NCBI GenBank assembly: GCA_009914755.4
Contig: CP068257.2
Location: forward strand, 8,960,001 to 9,024,000
Length of the DNA stretch: 64,000 nt
Reading direction: 5' to 3'
Origin: the human T2T-CHM13v2.0 reference genome, Homo sapiens
Shown: piece by piece, positions 29,901-44,600 of the stretch
Numbering within the stretch: the first letter of the stretch is position 1
Layout of the letters: each line of letters opens with the position of its first letter
Notes under the pieces: model-generated
The model's database searches: none
What the model was told of the DNA's origin: nothing
Seen by the model: the letters and a program-made list of their open reading frames with translations, nothing else
Translations under genes and position numbers: made by a program

Positions 29901-32686
29901 CATTTCAGTCCAGTCCATTCAACTACATTCTATTCCATTCCATTGCATTCCATTCCTTTCCATTCAATTAGAGTCCGTTTCATTCTTGTCAATTCCATTG
30001 GAGTCCATTCCATTTCAGTACATTCCATTTGACTCCATTCCATTCCGTTCCATTCCACTCCATTCCTATCCATTCCATTCCGCTCCATTCCAATCCATTC
30101 CATTTGATTCCATTCCATTCAATTCCAGTCCAATCCATTCCAGGACAATCCACTCCACTCTACTCCACTCAGTTCAATTTAATTCATTCCCATTCCATTC
30201 CTTTCCACTCCATTACATTCCATTCCACTCCTCTCCACTCCATTCCTCTCCACTCCACTCCAATTCACTGCATTCCATTGGATTCCTTTCAATACCATTC
30301 GATTCCATTCCATTTGATTCCATTCCATTCTATTCCCTTCCGTTTGATTCCATTCCATTCCAGTCCATTCCATTCGATTCCATTCCATTCAATTCCATTC
30401 CATTTCATTCCATTCGATTCCTTTCATTTCCATTACATCCCATTCCATTCCATTCCTGTCCATTCCATTCCTTTCCATTCCATTGCATTCCATTGCATTG
30501 CATTCCATTCCATTCCATTCCATTCCTTTTGATTCAATTGCACTCCATTCCTTTCCATTCCGTTCCATTTGATTCCATTCCATTCCATTCCTTTCGACTC
30601 CATTCCATTCGAGTCCATTCCATTCAATTCCATTCCATTCATTTCCATTCCATTCCATTAGATTCTATTGCATTCCATTCCTTTCCATTCCATTCCGTTC
30701 TAGTACATTCCATTCTGTTGCATTCCATTCCTTTCCAATAGAATCCTTTCCATTGGTATCAATTCCATTCGAGTCCATTCCATTTCAGTCCATTCCTTTT
30801 GACTGCATTCCATTCCATTCCATTCCATTCTTATCCATTCCATTTGATTACATTCCACTCCAATCCATTCCAGTACATTCCACTCCAATCCACTCCACTC
30901 CTCTCAGATCAATTCCATTCCTTCTCATTTCATTACTTTCCACTCAATTCCACTCCATTCTACTTCACTCCATTCCATTTCACTGCATTCTACTGCACTC
31001 CACTTCATCGCATTCCATTGGATTCCATTCAATGCCATTCGATTCCATTCCATTCGATTCCATTCCATTCAACTCCCTTACATTTTATTCCGTTTCATTC
31101 CTGTCCATTCCATTCGATTCCATTCCATTTGATTCCATTCCGTTAGATCCCATTCCATTCGATTCCATTCCATTCGATCCCATTCCATTCCATTCCTTTT
31201 GATTGCATTCTATTCCATTCCATTCCATTCCATTCCATTCCTGTCCATTCCATACAATTCATGTCCGTTCCATTCCATTTGATTCCATTTGATTGCATCA
31301 CATTCAATTCCATTCCATTCCACTCGATTCCTTTCCATTCGATTCAATTCCATTCCATTCCATTCCATTGAACTCCATTCCATTGCAATCCATTCCATTC
31401 CATTCCATTGTTTTCCATTCCTTTCCTTTCCATTCCATTCGATTCTATTCCATTCGAGTCCATTCCATTCAATTCCATTCCATTTGTTTCCTTTCCATTC
31501 CATTCTGTCTTGTTGTATTCATTTCGATTCCATAACTTTCCATTCCAGTGCATTCCATTCCACTCCACTCCCCTCCACTGAATTCAATTCTATTCCTTCC
31601 CATTCCATTAAATTCCACTCCATTCCACTCCACTCTACTCCATTCAATTCCATTCCACCCCATTCCATTCCACTCCATTCCACTCCACTCCTCTCCACTT
31701 CACCGTATTCCATTTGTTTCCAATTGATGACATTCAATTCCGTTCAATTCAATTCCATTCCATTCGTTTCTATTCCTTTCGATCACATTCAATTCGATTC
31801 CATTCCATTCGATTCCATTCCTTGTGATTCCATTCCATTCCATCATATTCCATTTGATTCCATTTCATTTGATTCCATTCCATCTGATTCGATTACATTC
31901 TATTCCATTCCATTCCATTCCATTCCATTCCATTCCATTTCATTCCATTTCATTATGTTCGATTCCATTTCATTCGAGTCCATTCCATTCGAGTCCATTT
32001 CATTCAGGTCCATTGCTTTCCTGTCCATTCCATTTGACTCCATTCCGTTCCAGTCCATTCTATTCGAGTCCATTACATTCCATTCCTTTGCATTCTATTC
32101 CATTCCACTCCACTCCACTCCTTTCCCCTCCACTCTGCTCCGTTCCATTCCTTTCCATTTTATTTGGGTCCATTGCATTCCTGTCCATTCCATTCCATTC
32201 CATTCCACTCCACTCCACTCCATCCTACCCCAAACCAGTCCATTCCATTCCACTCCTTTCCACTCCATTTTACTCCATTCCATTTGATTCCATTCCATTC
32301 CATTGCATTCCATTCCACTCAAATTTAATCCACTCTTTTCAATACCATTCCTTCTCATTCCCTTCCATTCTACTCCATTCCATTCAACTCCACTCCAGTA
32401 TATTCAATTCCATTCCACACCATTCTATTCCACTCCATTCCACTGCACTCATCTCCAGTTCATTGCATTCTTTTGGATTCCATTTGATGACATTTGATTG
32501 AATTCATTTCAATTCCATTCCCCTCAATACCATTACATTCAATCCCATCCCCTTCAATTCCATTGCATTCGATTCCAATCCAATCCATTCCATTAAACTC
32601 CATTCCACTCCACTCCACTCCACTCGACTCCACTCCACTCCTCTCCACTCCACTCCATTCGATTCTAATCCATTCCATTCCTTTCC

Positions 32687-32750
32687 TTTATTTCGAGTGG
32701 ATCTCACTCTGTCACCCAGACTGGAGTGCAGTGGCACAATCTTAGCTCAC
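32687..32750 (-). mobile_element. Truncated Alu (SINE) 3'-terminal fragment, antisense, embedded in the satellite.
   Basis: tttatttCGAGTGGATCTCACTCTGTCACCCAGACTGGAGTGCAGTGGCACAATCTTAGCTCAC matches the reverse complement of the Alu right-arm 3' end (TTTTTTGAGACGGAGTCTCGCTCTGTCGCCCAGGCTGGAGTGCAGTGGCGCGATCTCGGCTCAC) at about 85% identity. The minus-strand ORF 32504-32737 carries the typical Alu-derived peptide ...SLGDRVRS.... Satellite resumes immediately on both sides and no target-site duplication is visible. Confidence 0.8.
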
Positions 32751-32760
32751 ATTTCACTTC

Positions 32761-32945
32761 ACCATTCCATTCCATTTCATTTCATTCCATTCCATTCCAT
32801 TCCCTTTCATTTCATTCCATTCCATTCCATTCCCTTCCATTCCATTCCCTTTCATTTCATTCCATTCCATTCCATTCCCTTCCATTCCATTCCATTCCCT
32901 TTCATTCCCTTCCATTCCATTCCATTCCATTCCATTTTCTTACAT
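32761..32945 (+). repeat. Local variant sub-repeat block built on CTTTCATTTCATTCC(ATTCC)n with a 30-50 bp period, lying directly 3' of the Alu fragment.
   Basis: ccctttcatttcattccattccattccattcccttccattccattcc is repeated about 4 times. The + ORF 32697-32993 shows the period as HSIPFHFIPFHSIPFHFIPFHSIPFHSIPFHF. Confidence 0.7.
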
Positions 32946-33900
32946 TCCATTACATTCTATTCCATTCCTCTCCACTCCACTCCAGTAAACTAAACTTCAT
33001 TCCATTCCATTCCACTAAACTCCATTACATTCCAATCCATTCGACTTGATTCTACTAAATTCCATTCCATGCCATTCCATTCCACTCCATTCCATTCCAT
33101 TCCATTCCATTACATTACATTACATCCTGTCCAGTCCATTCTAGTCCTTTGCATTCCATTGCATTCTATTCTGCTTCACTCCACTACACTCCACACCTTT
33201 CCATTCCAATCCACTACAATCCTTTCCATTCTACTCCTCTCCACTACACTCCTTTTATCTCCATTCCTTTCTATTCCTTTCCATTCCTTTCCTTTCCATT
33301 CCATTCCATTCCACTGCATTCCATTACACTCCATTCCATTCCACTGCAATCCATTCAATTACATTCCTTCGCATTCCATTCCATTCGAATCCATTCCACT
33401 CCACTCCATTCAATTCCATTCCAACCAATTCCATTCCACTCCATTCCACTCCACTGCACTCCACTTCACCACATTCCAATCGTTTCCATTCCATTCGATT
33501 ACATTCAATTTATTCCATTCCATTTGATTCGATTGCATTCCATTCCATTCCAATGGATTCCATTCCTTTCCAAACTTTTCCATTCTATTCCAATCCATTT
33601 GATTCCATTCCATCTGATTCCAGTCCTTTCAAGTCCATTCCATTCGAGTCCATTCCATTTGAGTCCTTTCCATTCGACTCCATTCTATTCAAATCCACTC
33701 CATTCCACTCCACTAAACTCCATTCCACTACAGTCCACCCCAATTCACTACACTCCGCTCCAATCCACTCCACTCCATTCCATTCCTTTACACTGCACTC
33801 CATTCCATTCCAATTCTTTCCACTCGATTCCACTAAATTCCATTCAATTCCATTCAGTTCCATTCCATTCCATTCCATTCCATTCCTGTCCATTCCATTC

Positions 33901-34055
33901 CATTCCACTGCATACCATTCCACTCCAGTCCACTCCACTCCACGCCATTCAATTACATTCCTTCCCATTCCATTCCATTCCATTCCACTGCATACCATTC
34001 CACTCCTGTCCACTCCACTCCACGCCATTCAATTACATTCCTTCCCATTCCATTC
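33901..34055 (+). repeat. Near-perfect tandem duplication of about 75-80 bp.
   Basis: cattccactgcataccattccactcc[a/t]gtccactccactccacgccattcaattacattccttcccattccattccattc appears twice back to back with a single mismatch. Confidence 0.85.
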
Positions 34056-35699
34056 CATTCCACTCCATTCCTCTCCATTCCACTCCATTCAATTCCATTC
34101 CACCCAATCCCATTCCACTCCATTCCACCCCCCTCATCTTCATTTCACCACATTCCAATCAATTCCATTCCATTCGATTCCATTCAATTCGATTCCCTTT
34201 GATTCCATTCCATTCCATTCCATTCCATTCCAATTGCTTCTATTCCTTTCAAAACCATTCCATTCTATTCGAATCCATTCTACTGCATTCCATCTGATTC
34301 CAGTCCTGTCAATATTATTCCATTCGAGTCCATTCCATTCGAGCCCTTTCCGTTCAAGTCCATTTCATTCCACTCCATTCCACTCTACTCCAATCCATTC
34401 CACTCCACTCCCCTCCTTTCCACTCCAATCCATTCCATTCCATTCCACTTCATTCCATTCCATTCCACTCCATTCCATTCCATTCCAATTCACTCCATTC
34501 CATTTCATTCCCCTCCATTCCACTCCATTCCATTCCATTCCAACCCACTCCATTCCATTCCACTGCACTCCACCCCACTCAACTCCATTCCAGCCCATTC
34601 CACTCCACACCATTCCACTTCACCACCTTCCATTCTATTCCATTTGAGGCCATTGTTTTCCATTCCATTCGTTTCCATTCCATTCAAGTCCATTCCATCC
34701 AACTCCATTCCATTCGAGTCAATTCCATTCGAATCCATTACATCCGTGTCCATTCTCTTTGATACCATTCAATTACAGTTCATTCCATTCCAGTTCATTC
34801 CATGCCAGTCCATTCCACTACATTCCTTTCCACTCCATTCCATTCCATTCCAATCCACTCTACTTCACTCCACTCCACTCCACACAATTCCATTCCATTC
34901 CATTTTGCCACATTTCATTTCTTTCCATTCCATTGCATTCCATTCCAGTCCATGCCATTCCTCTCCTTTCAATTCCATTACTTCCCATTCCATTCCATTC
35001 CACTCCATTCCACTCATCTCCACTCCATTTCACCGCATTCCATTTGAATCTATTCGATGCCATTCGATTCCATTCCATTCAATTCCATTCCCTTTGATTC
35101 CATTTCGTTAGATTCCACTCCATTTGATTCCATTCCATTCCATTCTGTTCCATTCGACTCCATTCAATTCGATTCCATTCCATTCGATTCAATTCTATTC
35201 TATTCAATTCCCTTCCACTCCTCTCCGCTCCACTCCTCTTCACTCCTTTCCATTCCATTCCATTGCATTCCATTAAACTCCACTCCACTTTACCGAATTC
35301 CGCTAGATTCCATTCCATTCAATTCCATTCCATTCAAGTCCATTCCATTTGAGTTCATTCCATTCCATTCCATTCCATTCCACTCCACACCACTCCACTG
35401 TACTCGACTCCACTCCATTCCATTCCACTCCATGCCATTCAAAATACCATTCCATTCCACAACAATCCACTCCATTCCACTACACTCCATTCCACTACAC
35501 TCCACTCCACACCACTCCACTCCATTGCACTCCACTCAATTCCACTCCATTTAATTCCATTTCATTCTATTGCATTCCATTCCACTCCTCTCCACTCCAT
35601 TCAATTCCATTCCTTCCCATTCCATTACATTCCACTCCATTCCTCTCCATTCCATTCCACTACTCTCCATTCCATTCACTTCCATTCCACCCCATTAAA

Positions 35700-38600
35700 T
35701 TCCACTCCATTCCACTAAACTCCCCTCCACTTCACAGATTCCATTCGATTCCATTTGATGCCTTTCGATTCCATTCAATGTGATTCCATTCCATATGATT
35801 CTATTCCATTGGATTCCATTCGATTCCATTCCATTCCACTGCTCTGCACTCCACTCCACTCCACTCCACTCCATTACTCTCCATTCCTTTCCATTCCATT
35901 CCATACCATACCATTCCATTCCATTCCAATCAACTCCACTCCACTCTGTTCAGTTACATTTTTTCGCATTTCATTCCATTCCACCCCATTCCATTCCACT
36001 CCAATCCACTCCACACCACTCCATTTCACTGCATGCCATTTTATTGCATTCAATGCCATTCGATTCCATTTCATTCGTTTCCATTCCTTTCAATTCAATT
36101 CCCTGCAATTCCATTCCATTCAATTCCATTCCATTTGGTACCATTCCTTTCCACTCCACTCCAATCCATTCCTCTCCACTCTATTCCATTCTATTCCATT
36201 CCAATCCATTCCATTCCAATCAACAACACTCTAGTCCACTCCATTCTATTCCACTGAATTGTATCCCACTCCACTCTACTCCACTCCACTCTATTGAATT
36301 CCATTCCATGGCACTCCACTCTACTCCACAATACTCCACTCCGTTCAAATCCATTCCTCCACTTTCCATTCCGTTCCAATCCATTCCACTCCACTCCACT
36401 GCACTGCATTCAATTCCATTCCACCCCTTTCCTTTCCATTCCATTCCACTTCAGTGCACTGCAATCCACTTTACCGCATTCCTTTCAATACCATTTCATT
36501 CTATTCCATTCCATTCGATTCCATTCCCTTTGATTCTATTATTTTCTATTCCATTTCATTTGATTCCATTCCATTCCATTCCACTCCACTCCATTGCATT
36601 CCCCTCCACCCCTTTCCATTCTATTCCATTCCATTCCATTCCATTCCACTCCATTCCATTCCATTTCATTCCACTCCATTTGATTCCATTCAATTCCACT
36701 CCATTCCATTCAAATTCATTCCACTCCATTCCACTCCATTCAATTGCATTCCATTTCATTCAATTCCATTCCATTCCATTCCCTTTCACTACACTACACT
36801 CCGTTATATTCCTTTCTGTCTCATTCCATTCTTTCCCATTCCATTCCATTCCACTTCATTCACCTTCACTCTTCTAAAGTCCGTTCAGTTCCATTCCACC
36901 CTATTCCATTTCACTCCATTCCACTACTCTGCACTCCAGTGGACCGCATTCCATTCGATTCCATTCGATGCCATTCGAATCCATTCCATTTAATTCCACT
37001 CCGTTCTATTCCACTCCGTTCGTTTCCATTCCATTCGATTCCATTGCATTCAATTCCATTAAATTTGATTCTGTTCCATTCTAGTCCATTCCATTCGAGT
37101 CAATTTCATTCCATTCCATTCGATTATACTGCACTCCACTCTACTCCTCTGGATTCCACTCCATTCAATACCGTCTCATTCCATTCCATTCCATTCCATT
37201 CCATTCCATTCCATTCCATTCCATTTCCTTCCATACCACTCCATTCCATTCCACCCCACTCCACTCCACTCCACTGCACTCCAAAACACTGAGTTACATT
37301 CAACTCCACTGCATTCCAATCCATTCCATTCTATTCCACTCCACTCCACTCAAATCCACTCCATTCCACTCCATTCCATTCCATTCCATTCCATGCCATT
37401 CCATTCCACTCCACTGCACTCCACTCCACACAGTTCAATTACATTTTTTCCCATTGCATTTCATTGAACCGCATTCCATTCCAATCTATTCCACTCCACT
37501 CCACTCCACTCCTCTCCACTTCACCACATGCCTTTCGATTCCTTTCAATACCATTCAATTCCATTCCATTCATTTCCATTCCTTTCGATTCCATTCCACT
37601 CAATTCCATTCTTTGGATTCCATTCAATTCCATTACATTACATTCGATTCCATTCCTTTTGATTCCTTCCCTTTCCACTGTACTGCACTCCATTCCACTC
37701 CACTCCATTTCCTTCCATTCCACTCCAATCCATTCCATTCCATTCCACTCCAGTCCACTCCACTGCATTCCATTGATTTGCATTCCACTCCACTCTATTC
37801 CAACCCATTCCATTGCACTCCACTCCACTCCACAACACTCCACTCCATTCAATTCCATTCCTTCCCATTCCATTCCATACCACTCCATTGCTCTCCACTC
37901 CACAGCATTCCATTAAATTTCATTCCACCTCATTCCTTTCCAATCCATTCCACTGCAGTGCCCTCCACTCCACTGCATTCCATTCGATTCCATTTCATTC
38001 AATTCCATTCCCTTCGATTCTATTCCATTCCATTCCATTCCATTCATTTCCATTCCATTCCACTCCACTCAATTCCACTCCATTCCATTCCATTCCACTC
38101 CACTCCATTCATTCCATTCCATTCCATACCATTCCATTCCATTTAAATTCATTTGATTCCATTGCATTCCACTCCATTCTATTCAACTCCATCCCACTCC
38201 ATTCCACTCCATTCAATTACATTACATTTCATTCGATTCGATTCCATTCCATTCCATTCCATTCCCTTTCACTCCACTGCACTGTTAAATTCCTTCCCGT
38301 CCCCTTCCATTCTTTCCCATTCCATTCCATTCCACTTCATTCCACTCCACTGCACTCCAGTGAACCACATTCCGTTCGATTCCATTCAATGCCATTCCAT
38401 TCCATTCCATTCGATTCCACTCCATTCTATTCCATTCCATTCAATTCCATTCCATTCGATTCCATTGCATTCAATTCCATTAAATTTGATTCCGTTCCAT
38501 TCAAGTCCATTCCATTCGATTCTATTTCATTCCATTCCATTCCATTCCATTCCATTCCATTCCATTATACTGCACTCCACCCCACTCCTCTGGACACCAC

Positions 38601-41600
38601 TCCATTCAATAACATTCCGTTCCATTCCATTCCATTCCATTTCCTGCCATACCCCTCCATTCCATTCCAGTCCACTCCACTCCACTCCACTGCACTCCAA
38701 TCCACTCCATTACATTCCACTCCACTCCGTTCCACTCCATTCCATTTTATTCCACTCAAATCCACTCCACTTCACTCCAATCCACTCCATTCCACTCCAT
38801 TCCATTCCAATCCAATCCAATCCACTCTACAGTGTTCAATTACATTTTTCCCATTGCATTTCACTCCCCCCATTCCATTCCACTCCACTTCGCCGCATGC
38901 CATTCGATTCCTTTCAATGTCATTTGATTCCATTCCATTCATTTCCATTTCTTTCAATTCCATTCCACTCGATTCCATTCCTTTTGATTCCATTCCCTTC
39001 CTTTCCATTCCATTCGATTCCATTCCATTTGATTCCATTCCTTTCCACTGCACTCCACTTATTTCCACTCCACTCCATTCCATTCCATTCCACTCCAATC
39101 CATTCCATTCCATACCACTCCACTCCACTCCACTCCATTCCATTGAATTGCATTCCACTACACTGTACTCCACTCCACACGATTCCATCCCTTTCCATTG
39201 CACTCCACTCCACTCCATAACACTCCACTCCATTCAATTCCTTTCCTTCCCATTCCTTTCCATTCCAATCCATTCCACTCCACTCCATTGTGCTCCATTC
39301 ACTTCCATTCAAACCCATTTCTTTCCAATCCATTCCACTACAGTGCCCTCCACTCCACTTTATCACATTCCATTAGATTCCATTTCATTCAATTGCATTC
39401 CAATAAATTCCGTTCCCTTTGATTCTATTCCGTTCAATTCCATTCCATTCGATTCCATTCAATTCCATTCCATTCCACTCCACTCCACTCCACTCCATTC
39501 CGCTCCATTCCTTTCCATTTCATTCCACTCCACTCCATTCCATTCCATTCCATTCCACTCTATTCCATTCCACTCCATTCCACTCCATTCGATTCCTTTC
39601 CATTCCACTCCATTCCATTGAACTCCATTCCACTCCTTTCAATTGCATTCCATTTCATTTGATTCCATTCCATTCCATTGTCTTCTACTCCACTCCACTC
39701 CATTCAATTCCTTTCCGTCTGATTCCATTCCTTCCCATTCCATCCCGTTCCACTCCATTTCACTCCACTTCTTTCCACTCCATTCAGTTCCATTCCACCC
39801 CATTCCATTCCACTCCATCCCACTCCCCTGCAATCAAGTGGACCGCATTCCATTGGATACCATTCGATGCCATTCAATTCAAATCCATTCGATTCCACTC
39901 CATTCTATTCCATTCCGTTAGATTCCGTTCCATTCAATTCCATTTCATTCAATTCCAATAAATTTGATTCCGTTCCTTTCGAGTCCATACCATTCGAGTC
40001 ATCTGTTTCATTCCATTCCATTCCATTCCGTTCCATTCTACTGCACTCCACTCCATTCCTCTGGAATCCACTCCATTCAATACCATTCCATTCCATTCCA
40101 CTTCATTCCATTCCATTTCATTCCATACCACTTCATTGCATTCCATTCCACTCCACTCCACTGCACTCCACTCCATTCTATTCTACTGCATGCCATTCCA
40201 CTCCATTGCATTTTTTCCACTGCAACGCACTCCACTCCACTCCATTCCATTCCATTCCTCTCCATTCCACTCCACTCCATTCCACTCCACTCCATTCCAC
40301 TCCATTTCATTCCATTCCATTCAATTCAATTTCATTCCATTGCATTCCATTCCACTCCACTCCACTCCATTCCATTCCACTCCACTCCACTCCATTCCAT
40401 TCCACTCCACTCCACTCCATTCACTTCCATTCCATCCCATTAAATTCCACTCCATTCCACTACACTCTACTCCACTTCACAGATTCCATTTAATTCCATT
40501 TAATGCCATTCGATTCCATTCATTGTGGTTCCATTCCATACGATTCTATTCCATTCAAGTCCATTACATTCCATTCCTTTCCACTCCACTACACTCCACT
40601 CAACTCCAATCCACCCCATTACACTCCATTCCTTTCCATTCAATTCCATTCCATTGCATTCCAATCGTTTCCACTCGACTCCACTCCACTCTGTTCAGTT
40701 ACATTTTTTCACATTCCATTCCTTTCCACTCCAATCCACGTCACACCACTCCAGTTCACCGTCTGCCATTTAATTGCATTCAATGCCATTCGATACCATT
40801 CCATTCGTTTCCATTCCTTTCGATTCAATTCCCAGTGAATCCATTCCATTCCATTCCATTCAATTCGATTCCATTCCATTCGATTCCATTCCATTTGATT
40901 CCATTCCTTTCCACTCCTCTCCACTCCATTCCTCTCCATTCCATTCCAATCCATTCCATTCCATTCCACTACACTCCACTTCACTCCATACCATTCCATT
41001 GAATTTCATCCCACTCCACTCTACTCCACTCTACTCTATTCTATTCCATTCCATTGCACTCAACTACACTCCACAACACTGCACTCCGTTCAATTCCATT
41101 CCTTCCCATTTCATTCCATTCCACTCCATTCCACTCCACTCCACCGCACTCCTTTCAATTCCATTCAACCCCATTCCTTTGCACTCCTTTCAACTCCTGT
41201 ACACTCCAATCCACTTTACCACATTCCTTTCGATTCCATTTTGATTCCATTCCATTAGATTCCATTCCTTCAATTCCATTCCATTCAATTCCATTTCATT
41301 CGATTCCATTCCATTCCATTCCATTCCTTTCCATTCCATTCCATTCCATTCCACTCCACTCCACTCCATTCCATTGCATTCCATTCCATTCCACTCCACT
41401 CCATTCCATTCCATTCCACTATATTCGATTCCATTCTATTCCACTCCATTCCATTCAAAACCATTCCAATCCTTTCCACTCCATTCAAGTGCATTCCATT
41501 TCATTAGATTCCATTCCATTCCGTTCCCTTTCACTCCACTCCACTTCATTGAATTCCTTTCCATCCCATTCCATTCTTTCCCATTCCATTCCATTCAACG

Positions 41601-44600
41601 CCATTCCACTCCACTCCACCGCACTCCATTCAATTCCATTCAACCCCTTTCCTTTGCACTCTATTCCACTCCAGTAAACTCCAATCCACTTTACCACATT
41701 CCTTTTGATTCATTTGATTTGATTCCATTCCATTCCATTCCCTTCGATTCCATTCCATTAAATTCCATATCATTTGATTCCATTCCATTCCATTCCATTC
41801 CACTCCACTTCACTTCATTGCATTCCATTCCATTCCACTCCGTTCGATTCCATTCCATTCCACTCCATTCCATTTAAATCCATTCCACTCATTTCCACTC
41901 CATTCAATTGCACTCCATTTCATTAGATTCCATTCCATTCCGTACCCTGTCACTCCACTCCACTCCGTTAAATTCCTTTCCATCCCATTCCATTCTTTCC
42001 CATTCCATTCCACTCCATTCCCCTTCGCTCCTCTCCAGTCCATTTAATTCCATTCCATCCCATTTCATTCCACTATATTCCACTCCACTGCTCTGCAGTG
42101 GACCGCATTCCATTCGATTGTATTTGATGCCATTCAATTCCATTCCATTCGATTCCACTACATTCTATTACATTCCATTCGATTCCATTCCATTTGATTC
42201 CATTGTGTTCAATTCCATTAAATTCGATTCGGTTCCATTCAAGTCCATTCCATTCGAGTCTATTTCATTCCTTTCCATTCCATTCCATTCCATTGCATTC
42301 CATTCAATTCCATTGTACTTCACTCCACTACACTCCTCTGGACTCCACTCCATTCAATAACATTCCATTCCATTCCATTCCATTCCATTTCCTTCCATAC
42401 CACTCAATTGCATTCCATTCCACTCCACGCCACTCCACTCTACTGCACTCCTATCCACTCCATTACATTCCACTCCACTCCAATCCACTTCATTCCCTTC
42501 TATTTCACTCCAATCCACTCCACCCCACTCCACTCCAATCCACTCCATTCCACTCCATTCCATTCCATTCCATTGCATTCCATTCCTTTCCATTCCGTTC
42601 CACTCCACTCCACTCCAGTCCACACTGTTCAGTTACATTTTTTCCCATTGCATTTTGTTCAACCCCATTACACTCCACTCCATTCCACTCCACTCCACTT
42701 CACTTCACCACATTCATTCGATTCCTTTCAATGCCATTCGATTCCATTCCATTCATTTCCGTTTCTTTTTATTCCTTTCCACTCAATTCCATTCCTTTGG
42801 ATTCCATTCAATTCCTTTCCATTCCATTCGATTCCATTCCATTTGATTCTATTCCTTTCCACTGCACTCCACTCCATTCCACTCCATTCCATTCCATTCC
42901 ATTCCACTCCAGTCCATTCCTTTCCACTCCACTCCAGTCCATTCCATTCCACTCCACTCCACTACTTTCCATTGAATTGTATTCCACTCCACTCTACTCC
43001 ACTCCACTCTATTCCATCCCATACCTTTGTACGCCACTCCACTCCACAGCACTCCACTCCGTTCAATTCCATTCTTTCCCATTCCATTCCATTCCACTCC
43101 ATTCCACTCCACTGCCCTGCACTCCATTCAATTCAATTCCATCCCATTCCTTTCCAATCCATTCCACTCCAGTGCCCTCCACTTCACTTTACCACATTCC
43201 ATTTGATTCTATTTAATTTGATTCCATTCCATTCAATTCCATTCCCTTCAATTCTATTCCATTCAATTCCATTCCATTCAATTCCATTTCATTTCACTCC
43301 ACTCCGCTATATTCCGCTCCATTCCGTTCCATTCCATTCCACTCCAATCCACTCCACTCCAATCCATTTCATTCCATTCCATTCCACTCCACTCCATTCC
43401 ATTCCATTTCATTCCATTCCATTCCATTCCACTCCACTCCATTCCATTCCATTCCATTCCATTCCATTCCATTCCATTCCATTCCATTACACTCCATTCG
43501 ATTCCATTCTATTCTGCTCCATTCCATTCAACTCCATTCATCTCCATTCCACTCCATTCAATTGCATTACATTACATTCGATTCCATTCCATTCCATTCC
43601 CTTCCACTCCACTCCTCTCTGTTCAATTCCTTTCCATCCCAATCCATTCCATCCCATTCCATTCCATGCCACTCCATTTCACTCCACTCCTTTCCACTCC
43701 ATTCAATTCCATTCCACCCCTTTCCATTCCATTCCGTTCCACTTCACTGCAATCAAGTGGACCGCATTCCATTGGATTCCGTTCGATGCCATTCGATTCC
43801 ATTCCATTCGATTCCACTCCATTCTATTCCATTCTGTTAGATTCCATTCCATTCGATTCCATTAAATCGATTCTGTTCCATTCGACTCCATTCCATTTGA
43901 CTATGTTTCATTCCATTCCATTCCATTCCATTCCATTCTATTCCATTCCATTCTTCTGCACTCCACTCCACTACCCTGGACTCCACTCCATTCAATACCA
44001 TTCCATTCCATTCCATTCCTTTCCATTCCACTCCATTGCATTCCACACCACTCCATTGCATTCCATTCCACTCCACTCCACTCCACTGCACTCCACTCCA
44101 CTCCATTCCATTCCATTCCATGCCATTCCACTCCATTCCGTTTCTTTCCACGGCAATCCACTCCACTCAACTCCACTCCCTTCTATTCCTTTCCACTCCA
44201 TTCCACTCCAATCCATTCCATTCCTCTGCCATCCCCTCCATTCCACTCCATTTCATTCCATTCTATTCGATTCAATTTAATTCCATTGCATTCCATTCCA
44301 CTACACTGCACTCCATTCCTTTCCTTCCCATTCCATTCCATTCCACTCCATTCCACTCCATTCCATTCTACTCCACACCACTCCATTCACTTCCATTCCA
44401 CCCCATTGAATACCACGCCTTTCCACTCTACTCCACTCCACTTCACCAGATTCCATTCAATTCCAATTGATGCTATTTGATTCCATTCCATGTGATACCA
44501 TTCCTTATGATTGTATTCCATTCGAGTCCATTCAATTCCATTCCACTCCACTCCACTCCTCTCCACTCCATTCCTTTCCATTCCATTCCACTCCACTCCA

